64,000 nt of DNA, taken from assembly GCF_024521635.1 (NCBI RefSeq), contig NW_026250403.1, forward strand, positions 2,232,001-2,296,000. Direction: 5' to 3'. Below the pieces are notes generated by a model. That model saw nothing but the letters and a program-made list of their open reading frames with translations, ran no database searches and was not told where the DNA came from. The DNA comes from Tricharina praecox. Its lineage: Eukaryota. The translations under genes were made by a program, and so were the position numbers. Shown here one piece after another: positions 35,501 through 49,130 of this stretch. Numbering within the stretch: the stretch's first letter is position 1; each line of letters begins with the position of its first letter.

Positions 35501-36650
35501 CAAAGACATGACCAAGATGACGCTGCCCGTATCCTTCAACGAGCCCACATCTTTGCTGCAGAGAGTAGCAGAAGACATGGAATACACCGACCTCTTGGAC
35601 CAAGCCGCGGACCGCCCCGATCCCGCCGAGCGAATGGTCTACGTTGCGGCCTTCGCAGCATCCGAATACTCGTCGACCATCGGCCGAGTCGCAAAACCCT
35701 TTAACCCACTCCTCGGTGAAACCTTCGAATACTGCCGTCCCGACAAAAACTTCCGATTCTTCGTTGAGCAAGTATCCCACCACCCACCCATCGGTGCCGC
35801 CTACGGTGAAGCCGAGAAATGGGATTACTGGGGTGAGTCCGCGGTCAAGAGCAAGTTCTACGGCAAATCTTTCGACATCAATCCCCTGGGCACCTGGTTC
35901 CTTCGTCTCCGCCCCGTCACCGGTGGCGAGGAACTCTACACCTGGAAGAAGATCAACACGTCCGTAGTCGGCATCATCACCGGCTCGCCCACAATCGACA
36001 ACTACGGACTGATGGAGATAACCAACTGGACTATGGGGGTGAAGTGTCTGCTGGACTTCAAGCAGCGCGGCTGGCGCGCCGCAAACGCATACGAGGTTAA
36101 GGGCCGCGTTGTCGACGGCGACGGCACACAGATGTGGTCCGTCGGCGGGCGATGGAACGACAAGCTGTATGCGCGGCTCTCGCCCGGTTTCGACGCGAAC
36201 ATCTCGCCGCCGCCGACGAACACCTCGGCCGCCACGACGGTGACGCACGCGGCCAACCCCAGCGCCGCATTCCTGCTGTGGGAGAACCACCCGCGCCCGC
36301 CGCTGCCCTTCTCGCTAACGCCCTTCGCGATCACGCTCAACGCACTCCCGGACTCGCTGCGCCCCCACCTGTGTCCGACCGATACCCGGCTGCGCCCCGA
36401 CCAGCGCGCCATGGAGGAGGGAGAGTACGATTTTGCCGCTACGGAGAAGCACAGGCTCGAGGAGAAGCAGCGCGCGCAGCGTAGACAGAATGAGGAGCAT
36501 GGTGTGGCGCATGAGCCTCGCTGGTTCGCAAAGAAGACCTGCGAAATCACCGGTGAGGAGTTCTGGCAGTTTACTGACGAGTATTGGGAGATGCGCCATA
36601 AGGTCTCGACTGGTAAGGGCGGGTGGGAGAAGGTGCAGGATATCTTTTAG
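32567..36650 (+). CDS. Oxysterol-binding protein, Osh1/Osh2 type (ankyrin, PH, FFAT, OSBP domains)
   Basis: Exons 32567-32592, 32656-34007, 34055-35424, 35478-36650. [40 protein letters not shown] and EQVSHHPP. Confidence 0.95.
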
Positions 36651-37206
36651 TCTGGCTGGAGCGGAGCGGGATAGAGGGAGTACATAAGTTAATGAGGGAA
36701 GGGGGAGGGAGTAAACACAAATTCCCCCACATGCTCGCTCAGTAATCACTCATTGTAGATCGTAGGGAAATGATGTTATCCAAAGATGCAAAATCATATT
36801 CGAATATTCCTCCACTAGAGTACCATCCAGCTATTCCACCATCCATTTTTTCCAATTCTGCCTCCGCCCCCTCGTCTCATCACTCTCCAAGTCCAAGACA
36901 CCCCTTCCACCTCCTCCACCCTCCTCTACCCGTGCCTCCTACTCACCACGCACCACGCACCCCAACCAGAAAACTAAAATACAATATCCCACCCTCCCTC
37001 GCCATCATCCCCCTCCTCTCACTGCAACCGCAAAGAAACCCCCAACAAACCAACCCCCAGCAACCCCAATGCAACCCAACCCAATCCGCAATCCCCAATC
37101 CCCTCCTCAGCAGCCAGCAACCCCGCCAAAAAAAGATGAAAAAAGTCGAAAATAAAGCGCAACCCAGCACACGTTCAATGTGGACTACAAAAACAATAAA
37201 AGATAC

Positions 37207-37250
37207 AGAACAAGAGAACAAGAGAACAAGAGAACAAGAGAACAAGAACA
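37207..37250. repeat. (AGAACAAG)n octamer repeat in the convergent OSH/RhoGAP intergenic region
   Basis: About 5 copies read directly. Confidence 0.85.
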
Positions 37251-37729
37251 CCCCGCCTCTATAATGATAATGGTATGTGGTATGTGGTAATGGCGCTTAA
37301 AAACAGTGAGTGAATCGTAAGCTTCATGAAATAAAGGTGTGTAAGGTGGTAAGGTGTAAGTAAGGGTGCGGGAATGGAGGAAGTAATTCGTTTCATGCAT
37401 GTCATGATGAAAAGAATAAAGAGGAAGGAAGGGAAAGAAAGTGGTAAAGGAAATAAAATAATGCGCCCCCGCACCAGGCAAAAGAATGGAGAGAATCGAA
37501 GTGTAAAAGAAGAAGAGAAGGATAAAAGGATAAAAAAAATGAATGAATAAGAATGAAGACTGGCTGCTGCTATGCAATAATGATATCAAAAAGGCCCCGA
37601 CGACGCCGGAAGAGTAGGGAAAAAAAATGACGACGCGAAAAAAACGCACACAAAAACAAACCATCGATATCAATCAAGACGCAATATAAAAAAAAAACAC
37701 ACACAAACGCCTACTTTTTCACCCGTCGC

Positions 37730-40700
37730 TCAACTCATGCTGTACCGGTGTGCATGGCCCCTAGAAAACGTGCCACCAGATGTAGCCCCGCCGGCAACGC
37801 TGACCTGCCGAGGCTTCATCCCTCGCTCGCGAAGCTGCTTCTCGGCCCACTCAGCGCGGTTGCGCCAGACTTTCAACTCCTCTTGTGTCTCGCGCACGAG
37901 CTGGCTGAGGGTACTAGCGCTGGCCATACTCTTTGCGAGCTCGAGTTCGCGACGCGTCTGCAGCGCCTCCTCGTTCTTGGCGTCGACGAGCTTCTGCAGC
38001 CGTCTTATCTCCGCATACAGCGCCGAGTTTCCGCGCAGCTTCCGCGGCGAGGGCGTCTCGCCTTCGATGTCGAATAGGAATCGATCCTCTAAGTCTGCTT
38101 CGAGGGATGTTACGCGCGGATTTCGGTTGGGCGTGGAGGGTTGCAGTGGCACACCGAGCGGCCTCGATAGCGAGTCGGAATCGGGGGATGCTCGTGCAGT
38201 CGGCAATGGCTTGGCGCCTTTGATGTTGAGCTTGATCTCGCCCTGAGAATTGGGCTTGGTCAAGGTCAACGCCGGGCTCTCAATCGATCCGGTCCGGGCC
38301 TTGAGGTTCTTGTCAGGAGTTTTGTCCTTATCCTCAAAGATGGAGAATGAGGATCCCCTTGCCTTCTTTTTAAAGCTAAGGGGCTTAGGCGTGATGGGAC
38401 GCTGGTCTTCCTCCACCACGCCAGCCATAATATCTTGCGGCGGAGACATCTCCGGGACGGGCGAGATCACTCTACGTCCAAACGTCGTCCTGCGGTCCAA
38501 ATGACCCAGCATTTCTGGCGCGCTTACCGAATCTTGATCTTCATCCACAGTGGAAGGAGCGGGCGATGGCGGCGACTCCTCAAATGCGGGTGCCAATACT
38601 ATCGGCCCGCGGTGGTAGGGTCTAATTGCTGCTTGCGGGGTCATTTCCATTGGCGGCGTGGCGGCTCCGAACAACTCAATGTGTCCTCCCTGAGAGCCCA
38701 ACGACATCGATCTCCTAGAGCCGACAGAGCCACCAGACACCTGGGATGCTGAGCGCTGGAGCTCTGCGGGAAACTGCTGCGATACCTCTGCGTGCATGGC
38801 AGGCTCCCTGTACTTGACTTGATACCGCTGCACTGGCGTTCCGGGTGGGGAGGGGGCAAGCTGTTGCCAGTTTGGCGTCTCATCCGTGCCGAAGGCTTTC
38901 CAGTTAGGCGTATCTGTGGGCGAAGTGAGGGCTTTCCAGTTAGGTGTCCCGGACGGCGACGCAACGGCATTCCAGTTAGGCGTATCTTCGGGTGACGTAA
39001 GGGCTTTCCAGTTCGGTGTCTCTTCGGTCGTTGAGAGAGCTTTCCAGTTGGGTGTTTCCTGGGCAGTATTCCAGTTGAGCGCTCCCTCGGTGGTAGGAGT
39101 CTTGCAGATGGGAGTAGGGATGGGCTCGGGAGCGTCGAGAACCCTCCAATTGGGCGAGGCCTCGGGAGATCCCGTCTCGGTAGGGTGCTGCAGTGCACGA
39201 AGCGGCGTCATATCGAGGGGTCGAACCGGCGGCATCTCAACTATCGGTGGCATCTCGGTCCGGAAAGTCCTTTCAACCATGAAGGGGCCTTGAACCGGTG
39301 CATCGTCATTGTCGCCATTCTCGGAGGGAGAAGTCGAGAAGTGCATCAAATCTGGCAGCGCGGACTGCGATCCGTTAAAGTACGGAGTGGTGAACGAGAG
39401 ATCCGGGATGCGGCCTGCACTGAGGCGGTTTTGGTACTCGACTCCGGGCTGCTCGTGAAAGGAATTGCGTTCATGGAAGGACGTGCGCTCATGGAAGGAA
39501 GTGCGCTCCTGGAAAGAAGTGCGACTGCCTCGCCGGGTGCTGCTTCTCACGGTACCTTTCTGGCTTCGCTCCAAGCCCTGGGGAGACCGCTTCGATTCTG
39601 CGCGGATGGATCTGTTCGGGTCCTCATACATGTACTTGAAATCCGCCTGGGACTGCGCGTCGGCCGGAAGATCGTACGCCTGTGCTGTAGCACCAAGCGT
39701 ATTGATCCGCTTCATCTGGTAGCAGATGTCTTCCCAGTTGTCGATAAGCATCTGGCAAACCATCGCCGCACGCTTCGTTTTTTCGAGCTGTTTCTTGCTA
39801 TATCCGAGGTCAAACCCTCTGGACCTACTGCTGCCCTTTCCTAGTCTCGAGCTATTCTTCGCACTCGGTCCGACAGACGCAAGCACCAAGAGACCACCGC
39901 GATCCTCCAGATCCTCGGTAAGGATGTGGTCCGACTTGTCGCCCAGAAGCAGCGGTCCGAAAACTATGCCCAGGGCATCATCCTTCAATTGTGCGAATAT
40001 CTCATGCGGGTCCCTGACTTTGGAAGCCACATCTTGATCCGACGCCAAGCTGATAGCCCGCAAAAGCCCGAACACAGCGCAGATGAGCGAGATGCGGAAG
40101 TGGAGGTTGATGGACGAAATAGCAAGGGCGACCATGCGTGGTTTGACGTTTTTAGTTATGTCATCGCCGAGCGAAGGGTCGGGGTAAACGAAGCGGTGAA
40201 TATTGTACAAGGCCTGGAAAACCGCAGGGGATCCTAGAAGTCCGCCAGGCAGTCCGTGCAGAAGCTTTCTGAAGAGGTGCGCGACATCGTGGATCGAGTA
40301 GTTAATGTGGCTAGGCAGTCTTGCGAGGGCGGTAGTTGCAACGACAGCTCCATTGTTATTCTCTTCCAACTGTTTCTGATAGTGGTCGTACAGCGCGTAC
40401 ACTGTGTTCACATTCCCCGAGATCCTGAAGATACCAGGAGTTCTCAGGCCTTTGCGAAGCGAAAAATCACCGTCAGTCTCACTCACTCACTCATTGGCTC
40501 ACTCACCCCCTCACTCGGACGTTCAGGACATACCGTTGTTCAACAGAAAAGACGCTGCCGCATGAATGCAAGTAGGAATGAGCAAGTCTCCAGGCGAAAG
40601 TCCAAGCGGCAAATTGAGAATCGCCACTCCACCCAGCCGAATCATATCTTCGAGATGCATTCCCTTTAGCGAGTCTCGCTTCCCCTTTCCAATCGCCGCC

Positions 40701-41521
40701 AAGTCGCTAACTTCGTTGTTTCTCCTCCTCGAAAGGGTCAGCTTCATGTTTCCATGGAGCTTCGACACATCCATCGACGACGGCGTCCGTCGCAGCAACC
40801 TATTCCACAGCTTATTCCCCCTCATCGTCGGCGGCGTCGATTCCCCGGAGCTGACATTCTGCGACGCACTGGACACGGACACGGACGTGGGATCGGCCTT
40901 GAAGTCTTTCGGAAACGGCTGAATCCCATGCTTCTTCGCCAACTTGTCAAACTGCTGGGTGAACTCATTCGCCTCACGTTCGTTTCCAGTGCCCATGATC
41001 GACTCCATAAACAAGCGATTGCTGACGCCGCTCCAGGCGGAGCTGATGGTTGCGCTGCGCGAAATAGTGTTTGTGCGCGGATACGCCGACGAGCCACTCT
41101 TAGAGACCGTTCCGGAACCGCTCGTACCTCCACCACTAGTACTGTGCGCAGCAGCCGTGATAGTTCCATGGGGCGGGCCAACTATGGTCCCGCCGCCATT
41201 CACGGATGCCGCCTCGGCACTGTCCATCGGAAACGGGTACGCCGTCCGGTTCTTCATGGTGTTACCCTTCGCTCCTCGGAAGGAAGGGAACATATTGCTC
41301 GCCGCTGCGGGATCGGTGAACAAGTCGCCAAAGAGGCTTCCTCTTCGCGGCGCAGGCGCCGAGCCATCCGCATGGCGCGTCGAGTGTGGTCGTGTGAGCG
41401 AGCTCTTGCCCTTCGAGAAGGTCGACGGCCGTGAGGGTTCGTATCCGCTGTCTGTGAAAGCTGCGAGCGAGGGGCGAGACCGACGGGATGTGCGTGAACG
41501 GGGCGGTATCGAGGACTCCAT
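37730..41521 (-). CDS. RhoGAP-domain protein with long disordered tail and C-terminal coiled coil
   Basis: Exons 41521-40534 and 40449-37730. PGIFRISG arginine finger, HDVAHLFRKLLHGLPGGLL and LGIVFGPLL. An in-frame TAA directly precedes the ATG. Confidence 0.85.
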
Positions 41522-42388
41522 TTAGGAGGTGTATGGGGGTATCACAACTATAAAAACCTACAACAGAAACACACACAGGTCAGTCAATTGCTTTTTTATT
41601 TTCGCTTTCTGAGACGGTGGAATAGGGATTCTTCATGTGTGCACACAACAAACTTACAAGACAAGAAGAAAAAAAAGGATTAAAAAATTGTAATTACAAG
41701 AATTTAAAAACCACGCTCAACAACGCCGTCATAAAATGCAATAATTTCACAGCCGTTGCTATTCTTCTTGCCTCGGGGTTTTGTTCTTTTTTTTTGACTG
41801 GCGTTTTTCTGGCGTAGTTTGCTGTGTGGTGATGGCGATGGCGATGGGGGGGTGGGAAGGGGAAGTGATAGAATGGGAATTGGTGGTGGGTTAGTAAAAG
41901 AAGGTGTGGTGGGTTGAAGGGGGGGTGGCAGTGTTAGAGAAGGCAAACGAGCGAGTGTTGATTTATTAAAGGAATGACACGGGTAGGTGGTGGAGACAGT
42001 GGTGGGTGGTGGTGGTAGTGAAGAAAGAGTGTTGTGTGTGCCGTGAGGGCGTGTGTGGTGTGTGAGGGTGTAAGGTGTAAACAAAAACAACCCCCTTCCT
42101 TACTCTACTTACTCCTTCCTCCCCCCGGGCCTTCGCTAGCCTTGTCTCTCTTCTCGCACCCCCCTCCGCCCACCCTACTCTAACCCAGCCCAAGCCCAAG
42201 CGACCAGTTCCAGCTAACCGCCACACAGACCGATCATAACAATCTCATCAAACGAACCCGTGAAATTGGATTCTACGTACGTGGCTATTCTTACAGCCGT
42301 TAAACCCAAGACTCAAGTGCTCTCCTCCCTAGTCCGTCAGCCTCCGGAGTCCGAGGCAGTCCCTCCCACCTAGCATCATCACCATCAA

Positions 42389-42439
42389 TTCACCTTCACC
42401 TTCACCTTCACCTTCACCTTCACCTTCACCTTCACCTTC
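42389..42439. repeat. (CACCTT)n hexamer microsatellite
   Basis: About 8 copies read directly. Confidence 0.9.
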
Positions 42440-44668
42440 ATCCGCAGCACCGCGCAACCATCCTCCCCTCTTCCCCACTTCTCTATCTAGTCTACCTACC
42501 ACATCGCGTCGCGTGCGATGCCCACCCATACACCATACCTATACGGTACTCTACATACCACACCGCAGGCGCGGCGTGCAGTAAGACTGCGAATTCAAAA
42601 CACACCGAATCGAGCGCTCTGCCAATCGCCTTCTCCAGATCCCCCCCCCAGCTGCAGGCTGGTATGATACGGTATGTAGAGTATCGAGGAGTAGTTAACG
42701 CGACTGCACGTGCAGGATCTGAAACTCGAAACGAGTTCTTGCTACTCTATGTATGGATTCCCCCCACTCCAGGCAACCGAGTGGAGTGGGAACTGTGGAG
42801 TGCATTGTGTATCACTCGCGACTGTAGACTGTATGTAGAGTAGAGCAGATCGGGAGAACAGATCGGGAGAGCAAAAACCGTCCCAACTTCCAAGCTCGTC
42901 TCAACTTCCAAGCTCGTCCGCAGAAGCACGAAGCCACGGAGATCTGGGTTTATACAAGATGCACAAGATGCACGAAAGCAGAGAGATCAGGCTTGGCTCC
43001 ACACTCTAGTACGCGGTACGTAACCAGATGCATGATATCTATATGAAGTACTCGGGTGTAAGCGTAAGTGCTGCCTCATCAGGTTTTCCCCTATACAACT
43101 TAGCGTTTTTCCCCATACCACTTAGTCACAACCACTCACTCATTTCATTGTATCTGGCATAGTGCCCTCCTGATATAGACTAGTGCTTATAATTCGTAAT
43201 GGAGATGAGGCACCACTTATTGGCAGCTCCTGGTACGTCAATTCAGACTTCTGCACCCCGCCGCCGCAATTGAGGCTTTCCATACTGAAGATATGAAGCC
43301 GTTCTTGATTACGAATATTGAGATACTTATTGTCAGATCAAGTATGTGCTTCCGTGAGTGATTCTACTCACATACCATACCCTCCATGGAATACCTACCT
43401 TGGTATTCTAGAAGCACAACCAAAACAACAACCAAAACAACAACCAAAACAATAACAACAACAAAGGCCCATAACCATAACAAAGTCAAAGCCGCAATGC
43501 CGCAATGCCGCAATGCACATATCACAACAAGCTAGAGTAAGCATATCAGGCAGAATCCCGACCTGCGCAGTTGCAAACGGAGCAAGTAGTGAGCAGTGAG
43601 CACGGTATGGTATACGGTAGATAATAATAAATCATCGAGTAGAAAGAACGAAGCCTGATTCCTGAAGGCACAGAATCGATAGAGTAGGTGGCCCTCTCAC
43701 ATTCCCCAGTCCAGCCCAATCCCCCCTCCCTCCGCCACTGCATGCTCCACCACCCCCCCCCTCCACCCCATCCCACCAGCCAGTCACCCGTTCCGAACCG
43801 AACCCGAATTCCGTCGTGATACATTTCAAACTTCAAAGGCACCAACCAACCATCCATCCATCCATCTCATCATACACAGGCCAAGCAAACAAGCAGGTCG
43901 AATCACTCCCGATCGTCATACCCCATACTCGCTCGAGGCCATACCCATTCCCATACCCATTCCCATACCGGATCCCATATATCCTCCCAGTCCTCCAGTC
44001 CTCCAGCCCTGTCGCATACCATACCTCCCACCTCCCCTCCCTCCCGAGTCCCGATTCTCGATTCCGTTGCAATTTAACCAGCCGTCACCATCCATCACCA
44101 CCCCCCCCGCATCTGCCAGCCAGCCACAAGGGAGAGAGAGAGAGAGATAGAAGGGACTACCAAGTAAACTTCGATAATCGATCGATCCATCCACCGAACC
44201 AAACACCGTGAAAAGAAGAAGAAATCAAAAGGACAAGAAAAAAGGAAAAAAGAAAAAAGAAAACTCGTAGACCATTGATGAGAAACATGAAAAATTTCAG
44301 CCCTGTCAAATCGCTTTCCCGACCCAATCCCAATAGCTCATCACCCAGCAGACAAACCCCACGCAGTGCAGTGCAAACGATGAAGAAAAAAGAAAAAAAG
44401 GCAGAAAAGCAGGTAAGAAGGTAGAGGTAAGCAGGTAAGCAAAACAAAAAAAGCAAGAATGCCATAAAGACACAGCGGGATGCAGAACGTCAACGAACGA
44501 AAGCGAGTATCATGTGGAGAAAAGAACGGGAAAAAAAGCTGTGCCACCAAAGCCCGCGAAAACGATCAAAACAACCGTCAGACAGCGTCGCCAAATCATC
44601 AACATCTCCCATAGCCTTCTCCATTCCGTATCCCATCGAATTAACATTACCGCATTTCTGCGTTGGTT

Positions 44669-46862
44669 TTACTGCGTTTTGGCAATGGCAACAGAACCAT
44701 CCGCGCCTTCTAACAGATTTGCCGACCTCCGTGCGAGGAAGATCACCTCTGCCTCGCCATCGTCACCTTCATCGTCAGAGTCTACCGCCTTGTTCGCGAT
44801 CTCGCGGATCATCGATACGATCTCCGTGGACTGACTGATCAGCGCCTTTAGCTTGGCGTCCTCCGATTCGAGCAGTTGGAGGAGGGTCCAGATGGCGATG
44901 TGCTGGAATGTCGGGTCATTGCTCTCGAGGAATCGCTTGAGGTAACCGTGAATACCGCCCGCAGGCTTCTGCCAGTCTTGAACGAACATCGAGTAATCGC
45001 CAACTGCAGTCACATTAGCACGGAATTCGGGGCGTTGGATTGCCGAGGAGTGTCGGCCCACCTTTTGAAGACAGGTTTCCAAGGGCAGCAGCGCTGTTTC
45101 CTTGCACCTCGATACTCTCCGAAGCGGTCAGAGGAATCAACACGTCGAACACACCGAGGCTCAGTAGATGCGCCTTCAGATCGTCGCTCAATGCCAGAAC
45201 CGCGATGGCGGCGGTCATCTCGGATTGAACGCTCAGAGGCACGTCCAAAACCAGCTGCTTGCATTTCTGGACCGCACCCGCCTCCAGCACCAATTCCTTG
45301 TTCTTGTCCGAACTGGCGGCAAGATTCCGCAGCGTCGAGATGGCGTGGCACTGAATCTCCTCGTTGTCCGTCGACCCGAGCAAATCAACCAACGGCCTCA
45401 AAAATCCGGCCTCGATTATGGGTGACTCGTTGAGGGGGTGTATTGAGATGTTGCGGATGCAGGCGACGGCGGACAAGATCAGAGGAAGGAAAGTGGACTG
45501 AAGCAGCCGGAGGAGCGGCGGCAGGCCCTTGGCACGAACAATCTCCAACTGGTATTTCTCATCCGACGCCAGGTTTCGTAGCGCCAACGCCGCTTGACAC
45601 TGGACCTTGGGGCTCGAGGAATCCATCAGGTGGACGAGAGAGAAAACGAGTTTTGGCTCAGTCGCCACGAGCTTTTTCCGGTTGTTACAGTCGACGGCGA
45701 TATTGCTGAGGGCGGTGGTACAGTAGTACTGGACATCGACATCGTGGGACGAGAGGAGGGAAACGAGAACGGGGATGGCACCCGCGTTGACGAGCTGTTG
45801 TCGATTGTCATCTGCAGGGTTAACCGGTCAGCAAGCAGTCGCCAAAACAAACAAAAAAAGTGAGAGAAATCTCTGCAAAGTACGGGTGAATATGCCTATG
45901 TACCGGAATGTGTCATATTCAACAGAGCCCCAGTAGCATTACGCTGGACCCTCATATCCTTTGATTTCGCCAGTCTGGTCAGAGGACCGAGGGCTCCTGA
46001 CCTCGCAATCTTCGCCTTGTTGTCCTCGTGGGTCGCCAGGTTGGTGATGCATCCAACGGCATTGCACTGCACCTCGACGTTCGGCGACATCATCTGACGG
46101 ATCAGAGGTGCCAAACCACCCAACAGTACAATCGCAACCTTGTTTTCGGCTATTTCTTCTCGTTAGCCCCCCAGTTCTGCTTGCGCGTCTCCGACTCGAA
46201 TACGTACTATTGACAGCGAGGTTGCCGAGCGCTGCACTAGCGGCCCGCTGCACCTCGAGATCTGGGTTTTGCAGGAGAAACAAGATGGGCTCCAACGTAT
46301 CGCGATCGACCTCCCGAACATCTACACGTCCACATCGGTCAGCAACTATGAAACATACGACCCGAACCGTCATGAGTCGAGCCGGGAGTGGTTAGGGGAC
46401 CGACCTCGTTCGGTGATCTCGGCGAAAGTCAAGCTCGCGCTTCGCTGTAGGTCGACATTGTCGGAGTATACCAGCGTACTGAGCGCTCGTAGAGGCTCCC
46501 CGCTGAAGAAGTCGACTTCGGACCGCTGTTACGAAGGTTAGCCGAGTCGATCGAACAAAGCGAAGGAGGTTTTCGTTCGCGGTGGAGAAATATTGGGGGG
46601 GTGGGGGTATGTGGGATGACGTGCGTTCTCGAGATATTGTAGCAGATCCGACACCGCTTCTCGCTCACTGTCCTGTAAGACGGGTTCATAGAGTCCACCG
46701 TCGCGCGACCGGCCTACACGTAGAGATATAAGTTAGAGTTTTTTTCTTTTCATCTTTTTCATTTTCACGGGTCGCGCCCGTTGGTTATCGTCGGATGACG
46801 GGGTAGCGTGCGGCGTGCTTACCTTTGCAGCATGACGAACACGATGACCCGCAGTTCCCCAT
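44669..46862 (-). CDS. VAC8: Vacuolar armadillo-repeat protein Vac8
   Basis: Seven exons. N-terminal [13 protein letters not shown] acylation motif, DFFSGEPL and ARM repeats ([39 protein letters not shown]). Confidence 0.95.
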
Positions 46863-46948
46863 CTGTGAATAGTTTTTCTGTCGCCTGACAGGAGCGGGTA
46901 GGTACTAGAGGTGGAGAAAGGTGGATGAGGTGGGGAGCAATAGTATAT

Positions 46949-47008
46949 GTGGTGGTGGTGTTGGTGGTGGTGGTGGTGGTGGTGGTGGTGGTGGTGGTGG
47001 TGGTGGTG
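46949..47008. repeat. (GGT)n microsatellite just upstream of VAC8
   Basis: About 20 units with one interruption. Confidence 0.92.
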
Positions 47009-47436
47009 TAGTAGTAGTGGTAGTAAGAGTAGGAGTAGTCAGAGTAGCAGTGCTTGGTGGCTGGCTGGTGGCTGGTGATAGCCTTTTTCGGGGGTCGGGT
47101 CGGGTCAGACAACCGCACGACAGAGGATGTGGGATCGAATGCGATGGGTGTATCGAGTGTTTGGCGAACGATAGGCAGGAGTTGCCCGTCCGTCGTTCGT
47201 GGCTATTATTATTCTCTTTAACGGTCTGGGGGATGTTTTCGTTAAAGAGGGCGAGGGAGTAGGGTGGGAGGTAGGAGAAGAAGAACTGAGGAGGAACGAG
47301 GTGGAGTGAGGGAGGAGAAGTTGAGGTAGGAGCAGGAGGAGGAGTCGAGGTAGTGAGATGCGACTGGTTGGTTGGGTGCTGAGCTGTTCACGAGGTGGGG
47401 AGCGCAGTAGTAAATAACAGTAGGGTCGGCCGTTAA

Positions 47437-47474
47437 GGTGGTGGTGGTGGTGGTGGTGGTGGTGGTGGTGGTGG
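47437..47474. repeat. (GGT)n microsatellite
   Basis: About 12 units read directly. Confidence 0.92.
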
Positions 47475-48887
47475 AGTTTGGCCGTTGTTGGTTGGCGCCG
47501 GACGTTGGCTGCTGTTCGTCGTCGAGTCAAGCCAAGTCCAGTGCAGTCAAGTCAAGGCCAGTGCAGTCAAGTCAAGCCAAACTCCGCGTTCGACGTCGCG
47601 CGCGGTCGATCGGTCACTTTTCTCCTCCGTCGTCCTCTTAAAGATCGTCTCTCTCGCTCCCTCTCCGCTAATAGTTTTGCTCTCTTTCTATCGCCGTCTT
47701 TTTCTTTTCTTCGCTCCGTCCGCGGTGGTTTCACGGGAGTCTGGCCGTACGATGTATCACTCGTCTACGCGTGTCTGAGCCCAAGCCCAAGTCCAGTTCA
47801 GTCCGTCCTCTTCCGTCGCCGGTCCAGCGCTCGCTTCCCTCGCTCGCGACTCTGCCTCCCTCCCTCGCACTTTCTAGGGGGGCGGGTTGACTGGCTGGCG
47901 GACGATCTCAAGACCACGCACGTTGGCAACGAATGCGCTAAACTCCGAAAGGAGGCAGGCAAGGTATGTAAACTAAACACGGAGAAAATCGACAATATGA
48001 TTGTCGTTCTTCACGGGGCACGCATACATCATATGAAGAAGCTTCGATGCAAACAACGACCTGCATGGAGCGGAGCGCGCTGTCGGTCGGTCTGTCGAAC
48101 ATGGCGCGGTAAATAGATTTGTTCGAACCCTGAACGAACCGCCGACGACAGCAACGCAAGAGAAACATCCGCCCGTTGGTTACGTGGAGTATCCGTACTA
48201 TATAATACTCTACTGCTATTAGAGGATCCGCCGCACGGAAAGCGGCTTCAGATGCCCTCCCCTCCTCCCCTCCTCCCCCTCTCTCTCCCTCCCTCCCCTC
48301 CGCCTCATCATCACCAGCATCATCATTATTGCCTTTATCTTTCCGAGCCGAACCCTACCTTCCGGAGCACGACTTGCACGCCAAAGTAGTTAGAGCAACG
48401 TGAATCTAGAGACAGAACGTGCTGCGCTCTTGCAGGAAGCCCGGGCCCTGTGATAACGAATGGGAGCGGCCCCAAGTCTTGCCGCCGCCGCCCGCAGAGG
48501 GTGACTCGCTCTGCTCTATCTACTCACATAGCATATCTAAGCACCTGCCTGGCCTGCGTATGAACTACTTAGCGACTGCGATATCTGCCTTCCCGCCGTC
48601 GTCCTCGTCTGAAAATACGGAGACCGTTGGAGCAACGCCATTCCTCCTCTTCTTTCTCATCCACCACCGCGTCGTCCGGTGGCCTGCCAGAGACGATGCA
48701 CGTTGACCGAATGATAGGCAGCACCGCGCCCGAACAACTCACCGGCCGGCTACTCGCTGCCTGCCTGCTTGCTTGCTTTCTGCTAGCCAGAGTAAAAAAA
48801 ATAAACTCATCACCTCACCTCACCGCAAAAAAAAAGAAATCAGATAAAAGAAATAAAAAATCTTGACCGTTGCAACCTCGACTCCTC

Positions 48888-48924
48888 GAGAGAGAGAGAG
48901 AGAGAGGGAGAGAGAGAGAGAGAG
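48888..48924. repeat. (GA)n microsatellite
   Basis: Read directly from the sequence. Confidence 0.9.
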
Positions 48925-49070
48925 CATGTGGGTGTGGGTATTGGTGTGGATGTGTGATGTGTGATGTGTGAGTGTGCGCGGCGGCGTGACCCTGCATCCT
49001 TCGTCACACTCGTATATGTACGCTACACTTATGCTATGTATCGTACAGCTTGCGCTACCTGGAGAGGAGA

Positions 49071-49130
49071 GGGGAGCAGAGGGGAGCAGAGGGGAGCAGA
49101 GGGGAGCAGAGGGGAGCAGAGGGGAGCAGA
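49071..49130. repeat. (GGGGAGCAGA)6 minisatellite
   Basis: Six perfect 10-nt units. Confidence 0.92.

Noticed and set aside
46819-47641. Poly-Thr, poly-His, poly-Gly and poly-Val ORFs
   Set aside because: Translations of (GGT/ACC)n microsatellites.
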